A stretch of 58,522 bases of DNA. It comes from Candidatus Levyibacteriota bacterium. GTDB taxonomy: Bacteria > Patescibacteriota > Microgenomatia > Levybacterales > UBA12049. The stretch is taken from contig JAJDCG010000002.1 in NCBI GenBank assembly GCA_029260965.1, forward strand, positions 1-58,522, in the 5' to 3' direction. The position numbers and the translations under genes are program-made. Under the pieces are notes generated by a model. That model had not been told where the DNA came from. It saw only the letters and a list, made by a program, of their open reading frames with translations, and did no database searches. Position 1 is the stretch's first letter. Each line of letters starts with the position of its first letter. Below, one piece after another: positions 1 to 9,302 of this stretch.

Positions 1-1020
<1,020 letters not shown>

Positions 1021-1289
1021 CTTTTTTTAAAATGTTTTTTAACAAATAGAAGAGGGAAAGGGGAAGACAGGAAACTTGTTTAGATAGTCCTTTGGACTAG
1101 AGAAACGAGGGAATTGTAACCACAGGCTGAGTGAATGGTGCCTGGTTAATTTCGCAATCCCGATAATTTTATCGGATTTCCGCTAGATTTGTCTTTTGAT
1201 GAATTTGGTTGGACACTTAGAAATTGACAAAACTATTCTCGCTCTTCCTACCACATCTTGGTTAATAAAAGTATATTCAATTAACAAAC

Positions 1290-1316
1290 AATCCCGCACC
1301 AGAGGCGGGATTTTTT
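1290..1316 (+). terminator. Intrinsic terminator downstream of 16S rRNA
   Basis: AATCCCGC-ACCAGAG-GCGGGATT hairpin running into a T tract. Confidence 0.8.
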
Positions 1317-1425
1317 GCGCCCAAAATTTATATTTCGTGCCTGATTTCATCATAAATTTACGCGGCAGCAAAAAATTGTGATGGTTTTCCTGTTTGAGAG
1401 TTGTCAAGTCAAGCATAGAGCATGA

Positions 1426-1463
1426 TGACAATTTTTGAAGACGATCGTCTCAAAAAATTGTCA
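1426..1463. repeat. Near-perfect 38-bp palindrome, copy 1 (REP-like)
   Basis: TGACAATTTTTGAAGAC-GATC-GTCTCAAAAAATTGTCA. Its reverse complement matches the element at 9922-9963 at all but one position of the shared core. Confidence 0.9.
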
Positions 1464-1575
1464 GAGTTTTTTGGTTGCAATGTTAGTTTCGGTAGTTTGA
1501 TAAGAGGTATTGGGTGCGTAGAGTAAAGAGAGATGTTTGCCCATGTTGCCTTGCCTGTGATAAAATTGAGATCAA

Positions 1576-1648
1576 GGCACGATGGTGAAGTGGTTAACAC
1601 AGCTGTTTGCAAAACAGCCATGCGCCGGTTCGAATCCGACTCGTGCCT
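1576..1648 (+). tRNA. tRNA-Cys(GCA)
   Basis: Acceptor stem GGCACGA/TCGTGCC, anticodon arm GCTGT-TTGCAAA-ACAGC, T-loop GTTCGAATC, U discriminator. CCA is not encoded. An extended -10 (TGA-TAAAAT) lies at 1558-1566. Confidence 0.96.
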
Positions 1649-1671
1649 CATTATAATTAACCAATTTATTT

Positions 1672-1833
1672 ATGGAGAACGAAAGTGGCAAAAGCGTAGT
1701 AGATTTAGATATAGGTTTTAGCGAGAGACAGGTTGATGTCAATACGGAAAAAGGAACAAAACCAAAATCTATTATTCTAAAAAAGAAAAAAACTACAACT
1801 GTTTTTCAAGCACAAAAACAGATAAAAAAATGA
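1672..1833 (+). CDS. Small hypothetical protein, 53 aa (MENESGKSVVDLDIGFSERQ...KQIKK), between the two tRNAs
   Basis: Uninterrupted ATG..TGA frame, below the size cut-off of the ORF track. It is preceded by the same AT-rich TTTATTT-ATG context as other genes here. Confidence 0.45.
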   Translation: MENESGKSVVDLDIGFSERQVDVNTEKGTKPKSIILKKKKTTTVFQAQKQIKK

Positions 1834-1847
1834 TATAATTGCCTTTT

Positions 1848-1920
1848 GGGTGCTTAGTTCAGTGGCTAGAACGCTTTCCTGATAAGAAAGAGGTCAATAG
1901 TTCGATTCTATTAGCACCCA
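1848..1920 (+). tRNA. tRNA-Ile(GAT)
   Basis: Acceptor stem GGGTGCT/AGCACCC, anticodon arm CTTTC-CTGATAA-GAAAG, T arm AATAG-TTCGATT-CTATT. CCA is not encoded. It has its own extended -10 (TGATATAAT) at 1831-1839. Confidence 0.96.
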
Positions 1921-1959
1921 CATTTATCAAAATACCTCAATAGCATCTGAAAAAAACTA

Positions 1960-1988
1960 TTGCACGAAAAAAAGTCTTGTGGTAGAAT
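1960..1988 (+). promoter_or_regulatory. sigma70-type promoter of the CPA2 antiporter
   Basis: TTGCAC-N17-TAGAAT. Confidence 0.7.
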
Positions 1989-1997
1989 TTGAAAATC

Positions 1998-3392
1998 GTG
2001 GTAAAGGGCTTTATCAAATCATTGGGAGTCAGCTCCCTTCTTTTTTTAAGTAGCGTTGCTCCTGTATTTGCAGAGGTTACAAAAACTGAGTCAGAATCAG
2101 GTGGTGGACATGGTGCTACTGCAGTTGTTTTTCTTTTCCTCGCGATTCTTCTAATTGCATCAAAAATAGGTGGTATTGTTGAGAAAGCAGGTCAACCAGC
2201 AGTTATTGGTGAGATCGCAGCGGGTATTTTTCTCTCATTTCTCGCATTCTCTGGCTTGGGAATAATGGATGATATTCGTCATAGTGAGACTATGGCTTTT
2301 ATTGCAGAGTTTGGTGCTGTTATTCTTCTTTTCCAAATCGGGCTTGAGACAAATATCAAAAAAATGACCAAGGTTGGAGTAAGCGCGCTTCTGGTTGCGA
2401 TTATAGGTGTAGTTCTTCCTTTTGTTTTGGGATCATTTGTTTTCGCGCCACTCCTTTTTCCTGAATCCAGTTTTCCGGCGCGTCTTTTTATCGGAGCATC
2501 TCTGGTTGCAACAAGCGTGGGGATTACTGCTTATGTTTTCAGGGAGATGAAAGTAATCAAGGAGAAATTTGCACAGGTTGTGCTAGGTGCCGCAGTTATT
2601 GACGATGTGCTGGGTCTTCTTGTTCTTGCAGTTATTACAGCTTTAGCATCAGGTGAGGCGGTCAGTCCTGAGTTTGTAGCAATTCTTTCAGCAAAAGCAT
2701 TTGGTTTTCTGGCAGCAGCTGTGATTCTGGGGAATGTATTTGCAAAGACGCTTTCCAAAGGATTTTCAATGATCCATACAGGAACCGGAATGAAGATTAC
2801 ACTTGCTCTTACGTTTGCGCTTGTGTATGCATATGGGGCAACATTGGTGGGTCTGGCTCCAATAGTGGGTGCTTTTGCAGCAGGACTTGTTTTGGATGCG
2901 GTTCATTTCAAAGGATTTGCATTTCCAGAGGTTGTGCATGATCTTCTTTCATTCCGTGGATTTGATAAAAAAGAGAAAGCAAAGATAGAAGCTCTGGTTG
3001 AAAAACATAAAGATACTCATATTGAGGAGTTAATCTCAACACTTGGACTTCTTTTTGTACCGATCTTTTTCGTTTTTACTGGACTTCAGATAGAATTTGC
3101 ATCACTTCTTAATCCAGGGCTCTATGTATCAGCAGCTATTTTGACGGTTGTTGCTTTTTTAACAAAGGCATTTGCAGGAGTTGCTGCATCAGGTTCTGTG
3201 AAAGAAAAAATCCTAGTTGGTGTTTCCATGGTCCCACGTGGTGAGGTGGGTCTTATATTTGCAGCTGTGGGGAAATCAATTGGTGCGATAAATGATGAGC
3301 TTTTTTCAGTAATAATTATAGTGGTTATAGCAACAACTTTTGTAGCACCCCCACTTCTCAAAAATCTTCTTAAAGACTACAAAGTAAAATAA
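1998..3392 (+). CDS. Cation:proton antiporter, CPA2 family (NapA/GerN/KefB-like Na+(K+)/H+ exchanger)
   Basis: About 13 TM segments with motifs GQPAVIGEIAAGI, LLFQIGLET, ATSVGIT, AAVIDDVLG and MVPRGEVGLI. The ORF track starts at TTG 1989, which abuts the -10 box, so GTG 1998 is preferred. Confidence 0.93.
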   Translation: MVKGFIKSLGVSSLLFLSSVAPVFAEVTKTESESGGGHGATAVVFLFLAILLIASKIGGIVEKAGQPAVIGEIAAGIFLSFLAFSGLGIMDDIRHSETMAFIAEFGAVILLFQIGLETNIKKMTKVGVSALLVAIIGVVLPFVLGSFVFAPLLFPESSFPARLFIGASLVATSVGITAYVFREMKVIKEKFAQVVLGAAVIDDVLGLLVLAVITALASGEAVSPEFVAILSAKAFGFLAAAVILGNVFAKTLSKGFSMIHTGTGMKITLALTFALVYAYGATLVGLAPIVGAFAAGLVLDAVHFKGFAFPEVVHDLLSFRGFDKKEKAKIEALVEKHKDTHIEELISTLGLLFVPIFFVFTGLQIEFASLLNPGLYVSAAILTVVAFLTKAFAGVAASGSVKEKILVGVSMVPRGEVGLIFAAVGKSIGAINDELFSVIIIVVIATTFVAPPLLKNLLKDYKVK

Positions 3393-3456
3393 ATATCCTG
3401 TAGTGCCATTATTGTAGCAAGTATAATCTCTGCTAGAGAATAATTAAAAAAAATAC

Positions 3457-3485
3457 TTGAAAAAAATCCTATAATCTGATATAAT
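3457..3485 (+). promoter_or_regulatory. sigma70-type promoter
   Basis: TTGAAA-N17-TATAAT, 14 nt before ATG 3500, with no SD. Confidence 0.7.
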
Positions 3486-3499
3486 TTTTTTATAAAATT

Positions 3500-5950
3500 A
3501 TGATTAATGAGAGAATCGGAAACGACACGCCATCAGAAGAACCCCGCGATGGTAAAGATCTAGGAAAATTGACTAGGAGAGATTTTTTAGGAAAAACTAG
3601 AATAATTTTAACAGGAGCAGCTGCAAACGTGCTGATACCACCTATTTTAAGAGATCCGCTTGTGGCAAGCGCTTCAGAAAAAACACCAGCTGGTCATCTA
3701 CCAGAAAAAGAGCATCATGAAACAACTGACCTCAATGATTGGAGTGCTAGGGTAGTAGTGGGTGGTTTTTTTGGAATTGTGGCGGGTATGATGATTAAAA
3801 AGGTTGAGTTGGGTCCCGGAACAGTAGGGACCATGACAACTCTTGAATCAGCAAGACTTATTGCTCTTAAGAGCTCAAAGAATAAAAGTGATCAGGAGGC
3901 TTTTGGCCATGATATGAAAGAATTAAAAGGCGCATATCCTCTTGTGCCTGTGCTTGTTGAAATCGCACATATTGCAAGCAATATACGGGTAGATGCAAAT
4001 AAAATTTTTGATGAGAGTAATCTTGCAGAGACTGAAAGTGGGTCAATAATGCCATCAGAAGATGCTGAGAAAAAGTCTTGGGAAGAGTTTTATCAAAAGA
4101 CTACCGAAGAGCTTGTTGATTTGATGGCTCAAAGTTCAGCTCTTTCTATGCTCGCACCAATTACAACTACTTATGTTTCTTCGTCTGTGACAAGCAGTAT
4201 GCATCCTGCTATTCTTGAAAAGCTCTACAGGCTTAAATATTCTGAAAATGTTTTGCGAGTTCAGGAGGAGCTAGCGGGGGATAGTCTTAAAGAGGGTGAT
4301 GTGCCACATGCAAATTATTTGAAATCCAAAGCACTGGAAGAGGCACAAAAGGTAATGGATGGAGTTGGTGGAGAGCTTGATCTGATGCTTACTGTCGCGG
4401 GAAATACAAATGGAGACGCAGTCCTCGGTGACCCGCCCAATATTTATTCTTTATTCAAAAAGCCTCAGCATTTCCCTGCTTATTCAGCGATTGGTTTTAC
4501 AACAAGTGAGATTTTGACAACTTGTGCAGCATTGGCATTTCTAAAAAAAGCAGGAGTTCGAGGAGAGACGAAAAAGTTTGTTAAAAGATTCAATGAAGGT
4601 CAAGTCAAAATAATTAAATCAATAAGTCAAACAATTAAAGATAGTAGATTGCGAGATGTATCATTATTTGGAGCAAGGGCCGAAGCGGGAAAACTGTTTA
4701 ACGACTTGCAAAATGTATTGAATGATGAAGGCTTAGAGAGTTTAGAGTCAGATTTAATAAATCAGATAGCATCTATTCCTTCTGGGGCGTTTCGCCTTGA
4801 TGTAAAAACAATCTTGTCTCATCAATGGGATGCGTTTGTGAGAAAAAAGCAAAAAACAAAAGATGATGAGTTAACTGGTGAGAGATTTGATTATGAGTTA
4901 TTCTCTGATCTTCTTCTTCGCAAAGGAAGTCTTCATGGGAAAGGAAGCAAAGACGATAATCAGTCAGAACGAGAGCATGACAGTATTTTAAGGAAAGAGC
5001 TGCTTGGTGCACTAGCGTCACAAGATAGAAAAAAAATTGCAAAATATATAAATAGGATGTTAGATTCTCGAAAAGCAACAACGCAATCAGACTTAGGTGC
5101 TCTTTTTAGTAAGATTATGCAGCAGGAAAATGAAAATGAATTAGTAGGCAAGGATGATTCAGAAATTAAGAACACTTTTCTTCAAGCAATTAAAGAAATG
5201 GCTGCTAACGGACTTTCTAAGAGTGGCCCTGATAAAGCAGAGCTAGAGAGGGCTTTCATGAATGATGATGTCGAGAAGCTTTGGAGTGGACTTTCTGAAA
5301 TTGAAAAAGAAGATGTCAGACAGGCACTAATGATTTCAACAGGTGAGCCGTCTCAACATGAAGAGCCTGGGGATGGTCACGGGCATTCGCAAAATAGAAT
5401 TCTGAGTCATCAGGCTAAAGAAGTACTTGTAGCACTTGATACACAAATCCCTGCAGTTCCTAGTCTTGTTCATTTCGTAAAGCATGATATTTTGCCTCTT
5501 ATTTCCGCAACAACTGACGATCCTGAAAAGAAAATAAAACGAGAACGTGACGCCATTCTATTGATGACCGATTTGATTTCTGCATTTGCTGATAATGTTG
5601 CAGCATATCTTTTTGCATTAGCCTCTTTGGAAGAGTTGTATAAGGAAAATTACGGAGAAGATGTTTTACAGAACAATAAATCACTTGATAGGGCAATTTC
5701 GCTTACTGCAATTTACTCTGCTGTTTTTGGAGGGAGCCTGTCGCTTCTTGGAAACGGTCCCAATTTCCTTCAGGAGAGGCCAGTAGGTGTGATTGATGAT
5801 CAAGGAGAGCTGAGGATTCATACAGAGCCAAGAGCCTTGCCTGACACTCTTAAAAATCCATACGGCTTTGTAGGCTCGGCATTGGTTTTTGGATTTGGAC
5901 GATCTTCAATTGATAATGCAGCTGAAGGACTAGAGCTAGCCTCAGTTTGA
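3500..5950 (+). CDS. Highly diverged ion-transporter (IT) superfamily-like protein (NhaD/ArsB/CitMHS-type motifs) with a large hydrophilic insertion and an N-terminal twin-arginine-like motif
   Basis: LGDPPN, ISAFADNVAAYLF and SAVFGGSLSLLGNGPNF occur in the order expected for IT-superfamily antiporters. TRRDFL lies near the N-terminus. Confidence 0.55.
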   Translation: MINERIGNDTPSEEPRDGKDLGKLTRRDFLGKTRIILTGAAANVLIPPILRDPLVASASEKTPAGHLPEKEHHETTDLNDWSARVVVGGFFGIVAGMMIKKVELGPGTVGTMTTLESARLIALKSSKNKSDQEAFGHDMKELKGAYPLVPVLVEIAHIASNIRVDANKIFDESNLAETESGSIMPSEDAEKKSWEEFYQKTTEELVDLMAQSSALSMLAPITTTYVSSSVTSSMHPAILEKLYRLKYSENVLRVQEELAGDSLKEGDVPHANYLKSKALEEAQKVMDGVGGELDLMLTVAGNTNGDAVLGDPPNIYSLFKKPQHFPAYSAIGFTTSEILTTCAALAFLKKAGVRGETKKFVKRFNEGQVKIIKSISQTIKDSRLRDVSLFGARAEAGKLFNDLQNVLNDEGLESLESDLINQIASIPSGAFRLDVKTILSHQWDAFVRKKQKTKDDELTGERFDYELFSDLLLRKGSLHGKGSKDDNQSEREHDSILRKELLGALASQDRKKIAKYINRMLDSRKATTQSDLGALFSKIMQQENENELVGKDDSEIKNTFLQAIKEMAANGLSKSGPDKAELERAFMNDDVEKLWSGLSEIEKEDVRQALMISTGEPSQHEEPGDGHGHSQNRILSHQAKEVLVALDTQIPAVPSLVHFVKHDILPLISATTDDPEKKIKRERDAILLMTDLISAFADNVAAYLFALASLEELYKENYGEDVLQNNKSLDRAISLTAIYSAVFGGSLSLLGNGPNFLQERPVGVIDDQGELRIHTEPRALPDTLKNPYGFVGSALVFGFGRSSIDNAAEGLELASV

Positions 5951-6532
5951 GGGTGGAGAATAGTAGTATGGAGTTGGAGTAGGAAATAGTATTGTTGTTT
6001 GATCTAGTTTGTAAATATTTTGCATCTCACCATTGATAGTTACTGCGGTTTTAGGCATGAATTTAATCTCCAAATATTGTTCAGAATGATATGTATTTGT
6101 CTGAATAGGTATTTGGGCTACAATGTTTGGTCCGTTTTTGGAAAGAGTTCCGCGGAGTGCGTATGAGAGCCTGCCGGTTTCGTAGTCTATGTTCATTAGT
6201 GCGGCTTTGTAGTCTAGTAAATCCCTTCCCACAAGTGCCTTGATGCTGGTAACAGCTAGTGGATCAAATGCAATCTCAAGCTGTACTAGAGTATTTTGAT
6301 TTTTTCCAGTTGGCGAATCAATGACCACATCAAGAAGTGCTGAGTTGCTGGCGTCAATAGTTTTAGATCTGGGATCAAACAAAAGTTTTATATCTGATTT
6401 ATTGGAGCTTTCGGTATGCTTGGATTGATTTTGATTATTTGATTTTTTATTCAAATAAAAATTATTCAATAAGAAAAATGCTATTAGCAAAAATAAAAGA
6501 AGTATGAGAAAAATGAATGTTCTGCGTGACAC
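5942..6532 (-). CDS. Membrane-anchored protein with a cohesin-like beta-sandwich domain
   Basis: N-terminal hydrophobic anchor, an N/S/Q-rich linker, then a cohesin-like pattern (VQLEIAFDPLAV, IDYETGRLSYA). GTG start. Confidence 0.6.
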   Translation of the reverse strand: MSRRTFIFLILLLFLLIAFFLLNNFYLNKKSNNQNQSKHTESSNKSDIKLLFDPRSKTIDASNSALLDVVIDSPTGKNQNTLVQLEIAFDPLAVTSIKALVGRDLLDYKAALMNIDYETGRLSYALRGTLSKNGPNIVAQIPIQTNTYHSEQYLEIKFMPKTAVTINGEMQNIYKLDQTTILFPTPTPYYYSPPSN

Positions 6533-6598
6533 AATGTATTAAGAGTATCAAAAATACCACGGACATCACAAGTATTAGGGGTTTTAATCAGGGTTTTG

Positions 6599-7807
6599 TT
6601 AGTCACCCTTCTGGACAGAAAGTTCTCTAATAAAGAGGTTGTAGTCAGCGCTATTGACTATTCCATTGTCATCAAGATCTACGTTGCCACGGGGAAGATG
6701 TACTTTGCAATCATCTGAGTTGTAGGTTGAGTTAGGATCTGCCATAGGAAGTGGTGCTAGTTCGCCATAGCCACAATTAAGAAGTGCGTTATAGTCAAGA
6801 GCACTCAGGAGGTTGTCGCCATGGACGTCTCCTGATATTAAGTCGATTCTGTCAATTTGATTTTCCTCTAGATTTTCGAGTTGTTGGATGCCAGGTATTC
6901 TTCTGGTTAAGTATCTATCTGATTTTATTTTTATTATATAGCTTCCATCTGTAATAGCGTTAGAAACGCCTATAACACCCTTAAATGTGCCTGTCTGTTG
7001 GTCGTAGTTGATTTTTCCTGATGTGCTAGAAACAAGGGTGTTTGTGCTATCAAGAATTTGTACATTTAGTGTCCTTTGTGGAGAAAGTGGATTCTTGTTG
7101 CTTAGCTGGTTTCCTGTAGGGTTTGGGTTGTCTCCAGCTGATCCTATTCCGTGAAGCAACAGATCAAATGAAAGCCTGGTGCCGTCTTGTGGGGGGGTGG
7201 TGTTGTTTGATCCCCCTATTACAACAGCTGCAGGTGTTGTGCTTGCAAGTACGTTTGTTGTCGCACTGTCTGAGCTGCCAACCGAAAGAAGCTGAGTAGC
7301 ATCAGTAAAACTTACTAGGGTTGGCGTGCCTTCTGTTGATCCGATAGCTTCAAAATTAATAGTACCCACTTTTGTTGGTTTACTGATGATTTTAGTTGGA
7401 TCCGATCCTACAGAAAGGGATAAAGCGACTGTTCCATTATTTACAACTGGTCCCTCAACCTTGATGGGAAAAGATGTTTCATTAACGGTGAATGGACTAG
7501 TTTCAGAAATTTTTAATTTTGTAGGATCGTAATTTACCTGAAATTTTACAAAGCTAACCAAATGAGCGTCTGGACCTACAATCATCTCTATTGATATCTG
7601 ATCGCCGATTTCGGCTTGAATTGGCGTAGCTGAGGATGGATCAAATCCAATAGTTGCAGTACCACTCCCTGTGGCTGCTGGACTTGTTTCGCTTGCGCGT
7701 GATCTTGTATCTTGTACTTCAGGAGAGGTGACTTTAGATATGGTTACTGGTATTGCTACTGCAAGAACCAAAATTAAACCCGCCAACAATTTATTGCGAT
7801 TGCTCAT
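6599..7807 (-). CDS. Secreted/anchored cohesin-domain protein with a C-terminal dockerin-like domain
   Basis: Signal anchor, cohesin pattern (FQVNYDPTKL, KVGTINFEAI), and two Ca-binding dockerin-type repeats (GDVHGDNLLSALDYNALL and DLDDNGIVNSADYNLFIREL). Confidence 0.78.
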   Translation of the reverse strand: MSNRNKLLAGLILVLAVAIPVTISKVTSPEVQDTRSRASETSPAATGSGTATIGFDPSSATPIQAEIGDQISIEMIVGPDAHLVSFVKFQVNYDPTKLKISETSPFTVNETSFPIKVEGPVVNNGTVALSLSVGSDPTKIISKPTKVGTINFEAIGSTEGTPTLVSFTDATQLLSVGSSDSATTNVLASTTPAAVVIGGSNNTTPPQDGTRLSFDLLLHGIGSAGDNPNPTGNQLSNKNPLSPQRTLNVQILDSTNTLVSSTSGKINYDQQTGTFKGVIGVSNAITDGSYIIKIKSDRYLTRRIPGIQQLENLEENQIDRIDLISGDVHGDNLLSALDYNALLNCGYGELAPLPMADPNSTYNSDDCKVHLPRGNVDLDDNGIVNSADYNLFIRELSVQKGD

Positions 7808-7944
7808 TTATACCATAGTAGTAGAAAAATTAGACTTGTGTCAAGCACCAGAGAAGTAAATTATGGGAAATGGGAAGTGATAGTCGGAGATTGTGTGTTA
7901 TTTTTCTCTTGTCACTTATCTTTTGTTCTGCTATTATCACTATT

Positions 7945-8514
7945 ATGGTTTTATCGGATCAGGACATTAAAAAAGCTTTGGATTCAAAAAGAATTCTCAT
8001 AAAACCAAAGCCAGACTTGGACAAACAGCTTGGTAGTTGTTCGATTGATCTCAGGCTTGGGGACACATTTCGCGTTTTTGATCACTCCAGACACGCCTAC
8101 ATAGATCCTGCGCAAAAAGATTACAGCAATGAAATTACAAAGGTTATAAAAGTACCCAAAGATGGCAGTTTTATTATGCAGCCTGGAGAATTTGTGCTTG
8201 CTGTTACACTTGAATCGGTGAAAATTCCGTCTGATTTGATGGGTCGGCTTGAGGGGCGTTCATCTTTAGGTCGTTTGGGCTTGGTTGTTCACTCAACTGC
8301 CTCTATTTTTGATCCCGGTTGGGATGGAAATCCTGTGCTTGAGCTTGGAAATTTAGGTCGTATGGCGCTTAAATTGACTGTTGGGATGCGGATTTGCGCA
8401 ATGACTTTTGAAGAACTAAGTAGTAAGTCGATTAATCCTTATTCCAAGAAAAGGTATGCAAAGTACAGATTTCAAAAAGGACCTGAAGAGAGTAGGATAC
8501 ATGAGGAGAAATAA
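7945..8514 (+). CDS. dcd: dCTP deaminase
   Basis: MVLSDQDI start, SIDLRLG, GRSSLGRLG, DPGWDG and LELGN. The upstream extension to 7870 in the ORF track is not homologous. Confidence 0.93.
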   Translation: MVLSDQDIKKALDSKRILIKPKPDLDKQLGSCSIDLRLGDTFRVFDHSRHAYIDPAQKDYSNEITKVIKVPKDGSFIMQPGEFVLAVTLESVKIPSDLMGRLEGRSSLGRLGLVVHSTASIFDPGWDGNPVLELGNLGRMALKLTVGMRICAMTFEELSSKSINPYSKKRYAKYRFQKGPEESRIHEEK

Positions 8515-8548
8515 AACTCGAATATCGTGTTTCGGATTTCGGATTTAA
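8514..8548. repeat. Degenerate heptamer tandem repeat between dcd and tmk
   Basis: AAACTCG AATATCG TGTTTCG GATTTCG GATTTAA. Confidence 0.6.
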
Positions 8549-8551
8549 GTT

Positions 8552-9262
8552 ATGAAGTATCACATTGATTTTGACATTGAATTTAAACGAAACCCCCACA
8601 AGGGGCTTTATATTGCGCTTGAGGGCATAGATGGGTCTGGAAAAACCACACAAATTGATAAACTCTTTGAGTATTTTAAAAAACAAGGCAGGGAAGTTGT
8701 CAAAACTCGTGAGCCAAGAAAAGATGATGGTTTGATAGGTGAGCTGATTCAAAAAATTCTTAATGGAAAGACCAAAGTGCCCTCAATTGCAATTCAGTAT
8801 TTATTTAGTGCTGATCGGGGCATGCATCATTCAGAGCTTATAGAACCTGCATTGAAAGCAGGAAAGATTGTAATCTCCGATAGATGTTTTTGGTCAGCTG
8901 TTCCATATGGAATTTTGGATTTGGATCAGGAATTTGATCCAAATAGCGCGAGATATATCATGGTCGCACAAAGCATACTTTCTATGTATCATCAATTTAT
9001 AACCCCAGACAATACTATTTATCTTGATATTCCAGTTGAGCGCGCTATTGAAAGGCTTTCAAAAATGACTCATGAGAAAGAAATTTATGAAGAAAAACAA
9101 AAAATAAAGAAAGCAAAAGAGGGTTATGAATGGCTCTTGAAACAATTTCCAGAGGAGTTTAAAATAATTGATGCGACAAAAAGCGTTGAGGAGGTGGCGA
9201 CCGAAATCCTCTCGGTAATTAATCAATCATCAAGCAGATTCATCAAAAAATTGGATAATTAG
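8552..9262 (+). CDS. tmk: Thymidylate kinase
   Basis: P-loop EGIDGSGKTTQ, TREP, LFSADR and ISDR. Confidence 0.95.
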   Translation: MKYHIDFDIEFKRNPHKGLYIALEGIDGSGKTTQIDKLFEYFKKQGREVVKTREPRKDDGLIGELIQKILNGKTKVPSIAIQYLFSADRGMHHSELIEPALKAGKIVISDRCFWSAVPYGILDLDQEFDPNSARYIMVAQSILSMYHQFITPDNTIYLDIPVERAIERLSKMTHEKEIYEEKQKIKKAKEGYEWLLKQFPEEFKIIDATKSVEEVATEILSVINQSSSRFIKKLDN

Positions 9263-9295
9263 ATGATTTGGAATTAGTTGATTTGTTGATTTATT
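9221..9295. repeat. Dispersed intergenic AATCA/TGATT repeat, copy a
   Basis: Contains TTGGATAATTAGATGATTT and TTAGTTGATTTGTTGATTTATT. Related copies lie at about 15991, 29678, 33386 and 46292. Confidence 0.75.
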
Positions 9296-9302
9296 AAAAT
9301 TT

